Source: an uncultured Candidatus Peribacteria bacterium
GTDB lineage: Bacteria; Patescibacteriota; Gracilibacteria; UM-FILTER-43-11
Assembly: GCA_964448005.1 (NCBI GenBank)
Contig: CAYUUW010000013.1
Location: forward strand, 1-35,435
DNA: 35,435 nucleotides
Reading direction: 5' to 3'
The notes below the pieces were generated by a model, which had not been told where the DNA came from, made no database searches, and was given only the letters and a program-made list of their open reading frames with translations. The translations under genes and the position numbers were made by a program. Positions 31,669 to 35,435 of this stretch are shown here, piece by piece (position 1 is the first letter of the stretch; the number at the start of each line of letters is the position of its first letter).

Positions 31669-32931
31669 CTACCAAAGCCAAATCGCCACGCCGCCGCAGG
31701 CCACCACAAAGCCCAGCGCCAGCGCGCAGCGGCGGAAGAGCTCTGCGCTGCCGAACACCCGCACCAGCCCCAGCTTCACCGCCGTGTTCACCATCACCGC
31801 CAGGGTGATGCCCTTGGCGGCCACTTGGCTTGGCAGAACTCCTTCGTGAGCCAGGTTGGAGAGCGAAAGCGTGATCGCATCCACATCCGCCAGGCCCGAA
31901 ACGGCGCTGGCCGCGTACACCCCGCCGTGCCCGAAATAGCGCTGGCCCAGCTGCGCCAAGGCCAGAATGCCGATGTACAGCAGCCCGAACTGCAGCGCCG
32001 GCCACAGGCGGAAGGGGCTGCTCAGCTGCGGCTCCTCGGCCTTCGGCCCCTTGCCTTCCCCCATCAGGCGCCAGCCCAGCACGCCCATGGCCAGCAGGTT
32101 GGCCCCGATCATCGCCCCCAAAGTCAGGCTCAGCTCCGGCAGCAGGAGCCGGTTCACCACAGCCACCTCCGCCAAAGCCCTCAGCAGCATGATGGCCGAG
32201 GCCACGCAGACTCCGAAAGCCAGCGGAAGGGCCAATTTTCCGTTCTTGCGTCCCTGCTGGGCCAGGCTGATCGTGGTTGCCGTGGAGCTCGCCAGCCCCC
32301 CCACTAACGCCAAAAGCCCGATGCTTTTGCGCGCGCCGATCGCTCGGGTCAGGGCGTAGCCAATAAAGCTGATGGCCGAAACCAGCACCACCATCAGCCA
32401 GGCCTCGAAGGGCACGATCAGTCCCCAGGGATCGATGGCTTCCTTGGGCAGAACAGGAAGGACGACAAAGGCCACAATGATGAACTTCACCGCCGAAAGG
32501 AATTCCAGCGGCGAAAGGGATCGGACGAAGTGATGAAGATGGTCCTTGAGCGCCAGCGCCAGCACGGTGCAAATGGCCAGTATCGCTGCCAGCAGGGGGC
32601 GGCTCAGGCTCATGGCCCCCACCAGAAAGCTCAGCACTCCCGAAAGCTCCGAAGTGATCCCCGGCAACTCCATTCGCCGGGCCTTCGATAGGTATCCGCC
32701 GAAAAAGAAGAGCACCACGGCCCCCAGCAGCACCGATGGGATGGCCAGGCCGTAGCTTTGGCTCATCAAGGCGCCGGAAAAGCCGATTAGGCTCACCAGC
32801 AGGTGCGTGCGCAGGCCGGCGAAGGAGGCGGATTTCGGGTCCAGCTTGGCCTTCTTCATTTCCCGCTCCGTCCCAATCAGGGCTCCCAGGGAGACCGCCG
32901 TCAGCAGGCTCAGGAAGAGTTCCAGGGTCAT
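31669..32931 (-). CDS. MgtC/SapB family membrane protein fused to DUF4010
   Basis: 420 aa. N-terminal LLTAVSLGALIGTEREMKK is the MgtC-family motif, followed by ~10 further TM helices as in MgtC-DUF4010 fusions. Confidence 0.8.
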   Translation of the reverse strand: MTLELFLSLLTAVSLGALIGTEREMKKAKLDPKSASFAGLRTHLLVSLIGFSGALMSQSYGLAIPSVLLGAVVLFFFGGYLSKARRMELPGITSELSGVLSFLVGAMSLSRPLLAAILAICTVLALALKDHLHHFVRSLSPLEFLSAVKFIIVAFVVLPVLPKEAIDPWGLIVPFEAWLMVVLVSAISFIGYALTRAIGARKSIGLLALVGGLASSTATTISLAQQGRKNGKLALPLAFGVCVASAIMLLRALAEVAVVNRLLLPELSLTLGAMIGANLLAMGVLGWRLMGEGKGPKAEEPQLSSPFRLWPALQFGLLYIGILALAQLGQRYFGHGGVYAASAVSGLADVDAITLSLSNLAHEGVLPSQVAAKGITLAVMVNTAVKLGLVRVFGSAELFRRCALALGFVVACGGVAIWLW

Positions 32932-32990
32932 ATTTTTTTGTTAGTTTTTTCCCCTTCAAGATAGCAAAGGACAGAATTTTCGCCAGAGGA

Positions 32991-33302
32991 CTAAAGCTCC
33001 AGTATCACTATGCCCAGAAAAGCCAGGGCAATGCCTACCCATTGCCCTGGCGTAATACGCTCCTTGAAGACGATGTAATAGAATATGGTTATAATAATGG
33101 ATGAAATTCCAGCGTAAAGGATGCTGATGATTACAGTAAAATCAAAGGCCATGAGCTCAACGAAAACAAGTGCCGAGAGAGCAAAGCTCATTAGGGAAAA
33201 TATCATGAAAGAAAGCTTTTTATGTTCCACATAAAAGCGCGCAAGAATCAAAGCTGCCACATCCAGAGTCACAATAGCGCTCAATAAGAGGATGAATTTC
33301 AT
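32991..33302 (-). CDS. 4-TM small membrane protein, SMR/DMT-superfamily-like (paired with the upstream paralogue)
   Basis: 103 aa. C-terminal FKERITPGQWVGIALAFLGIVILE resembles the last helix of SMR/EamA-type transporters. TM1 motif LD..A.ILARFY is shared with the neighbour. Low GC. Confidence 0.45.
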   Translation of the reverse strand: MKFILLLSAIVTLDVAALILARFYVEHKKLSFMIFSLMSFALSALVFVELMAFDFTVIISILYAGISSIIITIFYYIVFKERITPGQWVGIALAFLGIVILEL

Positions 33303-33326
33303 AGGGGAAACTTAGGATGAATTAAG

Positions 33327-33686
33327 CTAAGCATTTTTATTATCCGTGGCCTTTTTTGCTCGGTGTGCTGGGGCGTATGCTTGGGTCATAATCAGTCCGA
33401 TCACTATAGTGGTCATGCCCGCCCCCTGCAAAAGACTTAGCTTTTCTCCAAACAAAAAATAGCTTGCTAGGGTTATATCCACTACTCCCAATGCGATCCA
33501 CAGGGCGTTGGCAATGATTCCCACCTCCTCTTTCATGAGCCGAATAAAGAAAAAGCCCGCCCCCATCATGCTAAGAGCCGAAATTGCCACAAAGACCATG
33601 TTCTCGGTATTGTAGGCATAGCGAGCTGCAAGAGCTCTTAATAAATCAAGCATAAGAACCATGATCAAATTGAAGCGATAGCCCAT
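33327..33686 (-). CDS. 4-TM small membrane protein, SMR/DMT-superfamily-like (paired)
   Basis: 119 aa. FGEKLSLLQGAGMTTIVIGLIM resembles the SMR/EamA terminal helix. TM1 motif LDLLRALAARYAY. 24-nt gap to its paralogue. Low GC. Confidence 0.45.
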   Translation of the reverse strand: MGYRFNLIMVLMLDLLRALAARYAYNTENMVFVAISALSMMGAGFFFIRLMKEEVGIIANALWIALGVVDITLASYFLFGEKLSLLQGAGMTTIVIGLIMTQAYAPAHRAKKATDNKNA

Positions 33687-33729
33687 AGTGAAGTTTATTA
33701 AGATTTCCTCCAGACCTCATCTTGCCTTT

Positions 33730-34761
33730 TCAATTGCCCGTCAGCGACTCGATGAGTTCAGGATAGATAACCTCGTCGGTATCGAATTCCGCCCCGATGA
33801 TTGCCTGGTCCTGCAGATACTGGCCGGCGAGTTTGGCTAGATTGTAGAGTGAACTGAAGCCGGAGCTGCGATTGAATGCCGCTTGGTTTTCAGCGAAGGT
33901 TGGCACCCGGAGTCCTTTGAAGGTCTGGAGAATTTCCTCCGCGGAAGTCCCAGTGGATTCCTGCATGATTTGAGCTGATTCTTCAGGGTTTTGACTGAAA
34001 TACTCGCCAGCCTCTACAATGGCTGCTATGGCATTGCTGTAAATCTCCTTGTTTTTTTCAACATGCTCTCTTTTGGCCATATAGATGTCCACAATCAGAT
34101 TCCTTTCTTTGGCAGAGTCCACAATCACCGACCCTCCGGCGCCTACTACATCGCTGGGGCAGGGCTCATAGCAGATGCCAGCTTCAATCGCTCCACCTTT
34201 GAGGCCGGCTAGAATCTCCTCCGAAGCGGTATCCACAATGTTCAGATCCTCCAACGTCAAACCCTCCCGCTCCAAAAGGATTTTGAGGAAGAATTCCCCT
34301 ACGGTTCCCCGCTCCGCCCCCACCGATTTCCCTTTCAGCTCGGCCACGCTTTTGATTCCAGAAAGAGTCACTACCGCATCCGCTCCATAAGAGTAATCCT
34401 GGACCATAATTGCCTCCCCCGCATCTTCTTTGGCATGGTAGGCAATGGCATCCAAAAGGGTCAGATTCATTACATCCAGTTTGCCGGAGCTGAATTGATC
34501 AAAAGCTTCTGCGTAGCCATCTGCCCAAAGCAGCTCCACTTTCACCCCATGTTTTTCGAAGAAGCCCTTTTTTTGAGCCAAATAATTAATCGCATCCGGA
34601 GGCCAAGGTGTGCTGGAGAGCCTAAGGACGAGTGGATTAGATGCCTCAGGCCCTTTAAGATCCTTGCCTTGGGAGCAGGAAAAAAGAGCTAGGGACAAAA
34701 AAAGAACAGCCAGCCCAGCTCCATTTTTCCGCCTTTCAGAAAATGCCCCAAGGAATCCCAT
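33730..34761 (-). CDS. ABC-transporter-type substrate-binding lipoprotein, NMT1/THI5-like (SsuA/TauA-type)
   Basis: From ORF 33730..34974. I prefer the ATG at 34761 (MGFLGAFSERRKNGAGLAVLFLSLALFSCSQG, with lipobox), since the 71 codons upstream are Arg/Trp-rich. INYLAQKKGFFEKHGVKVELLWADGYAEAFDQFSSGKLDV is the NMT1-like block. Confidence 0.8.
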   Translation of the reverse strand: MGFLGAFSERRKNGAGLAVLFLSLALFSCSQGKDLKGPEASNPLVLRLSSTPWPPDAINYLAQKKGFFEKHGVKVELLWADGYAEAFDQFSSGKLDVMNLTLLDAIAYHAKEDAGEAIMVQDYSYGADAVVTLSGIKSVAELKGKSVGAERGTVGEFFLKILLEREGLTLEDLNIVDTASEEILAGLKGGAIEAGICYEPCPSDVVGAGGSVIVDSAKERNLIVDIYMAKREHVEKNKEIYSNAIAAIVEAGEYFSQNPEESAQIMQESTGTSAEEILQTFKGLRVPTFAENQAAFNRSSGFSSLYNLAKLAGQYLQDQAIIGAEFDTDEVIYPELIESLTGN

Positions 34762-34963
34762 ATGCTTTATGATTAAGCAATTAATTAAGGGGGCTGCGGG
34801 CATTCTACCTTCTTCTTCCGAACAAAGGAATTGAATTCTCCAATGGCTTTTTCGCCCTTGTCCATCCCAAGCGCTTTGAAAATTCCTCTTGGTCTGCAAG
34901 AATTGGGGCGCTCTCCAAGCTTTTGCCTTAAGCCCTCCCCTTAAGCGCCAAAACCTAAACAAA

Positions 34964-35435
34964 ATGGAAAGCACCGAGATCGGGCTGCTGCCGGAAAAGA
35001 GCGTGGCCCCAAACGACCCCCCCAGCCCTGGCCCCAGCCGCTACCAGAAGAAGATCGACTCCAGCCAGGCCTTTTTCGACCTGGTCGGCCGCAATCCCAT
35101 GTCCGACGCCGTCATCCAGCAGGTGAGCCGCCGCCAGATTCGAGTGGGGGAAAAATGGCTCACCGATTTCGCCTCCTGCAACTACCTGGGTTTCGATGTG
35201 CACCCGGAAGTCATGGCCAGCGTGGGCGATCACATTCTGAGGCTCAGCACCTATCCCGGCCAATCCCGCCTGCTGGGCAGCCCCTACCTTTACGAGGAGA
35301 TCGAGCGAGAGGTCGTGCGCCTCACCGGCCTGCCCGACTGCATCCTGATGCCCAGCATCACCCTCACGCATCTTTTCGCGCTCCCGATCCTGGCCGAGGA
35401 GGGGGAACTTTTCCTGGACAGGCGCGCCCACAAGA
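34964..35435 (+). CDS. alpha-oxoamine synthase family PLP enzyme (8-amino-7-oxononanoate synthase / serine palmitoyltransferase-like), 3' end beyond the window
   Basis: Absent from the ORF track (open to the edge). ATG at 34964. My translation MESTEIGLLPEKS...GEKWLTDFASCNYLGFDVHPEVMASV...LLGSPYLYEEIEREVVRLTGLPDCILMPS contains the (S/C)NYLG(L/F) motif typical of the family. Confidence 0.8.
   Translation, partial: MESTEIGLLPEKSVAPNDPPSPGPSRYQKKIDSSQAFFDLVGRNPMSDAVIQQVSRRQIRVGEKWLTDFASCNYLGFDVHPEVMASVGDHILRLSTYPGQSRLLGSPYLYEEIEREVVRLTGLPDCILMPSITLTHLFALPILAEEGELFLDRRAHK

Noticed and set aside
31613-32959. 448-aa minus-strand ORF overlapping the MgtC/DUF4010 gene in another frame
   Set aside because: The translation is Gly/Ala/Arg/Pro-rich with no hydrophobic helices. 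The 420-aa frame gives a coherent multi-TM protein with the MgtC motif.

Overview
Bacterial chromosomal window with a GC-rich backbone (hand counts of single 60-nt lines give about 58-67% GC). It is interrupted by lower-GC pockets (about 28-50%) at ~540-2290, ~11100-11600, ~13120-13800, ~16400-16960, ~19880-29600 and ~32960-33720. Backbone genes are ordinary housekeeping and envelope functions: exodeoxyribonuclease III, GluRS, cyclophilin PPIase, PgeF, YggT, a type IV pilin-like protein, DUF2207, MgtC/DUF4010, an NMT1-type binding lipoprotein and a partial alpha-oxoamine synthase. The accessory content is more interesting. (1) At the left end, a secreted SLH-domain protein has a low-GC, Gly-rich C-terminal module translationally coupled to two paralogous membrane proteins, a polymorphic toxin/immunity-like layout. 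(2) A ~10.3-kb lower-GC island, bracketed by a 37-bp imperfect direct repeat, carries a type IC-like type I R-M operon (HTH-hsdM-GxxExxY-hsdS-RhuM-KilA-N-hsdR). The operon has three embedded non-hsd genes, a 4 x 12-bp in-frame repeat in the hsdS spacer helix, and a 16-18-bp junction motif that brackets the GxxExxY ORF as perfect inverted repeats. (3) A degraded duplicate of the FkbM methyltransferase 3' end flanks a histidine-phosphatase gene. (4) nnrD is frameshifted. No rRNA, tRNA, CRISPR array, integrase or transposase was recognised. Taxonomy cannot be assigned from the sequence alone. All family calls come from motif recognition by eye, not database searches.
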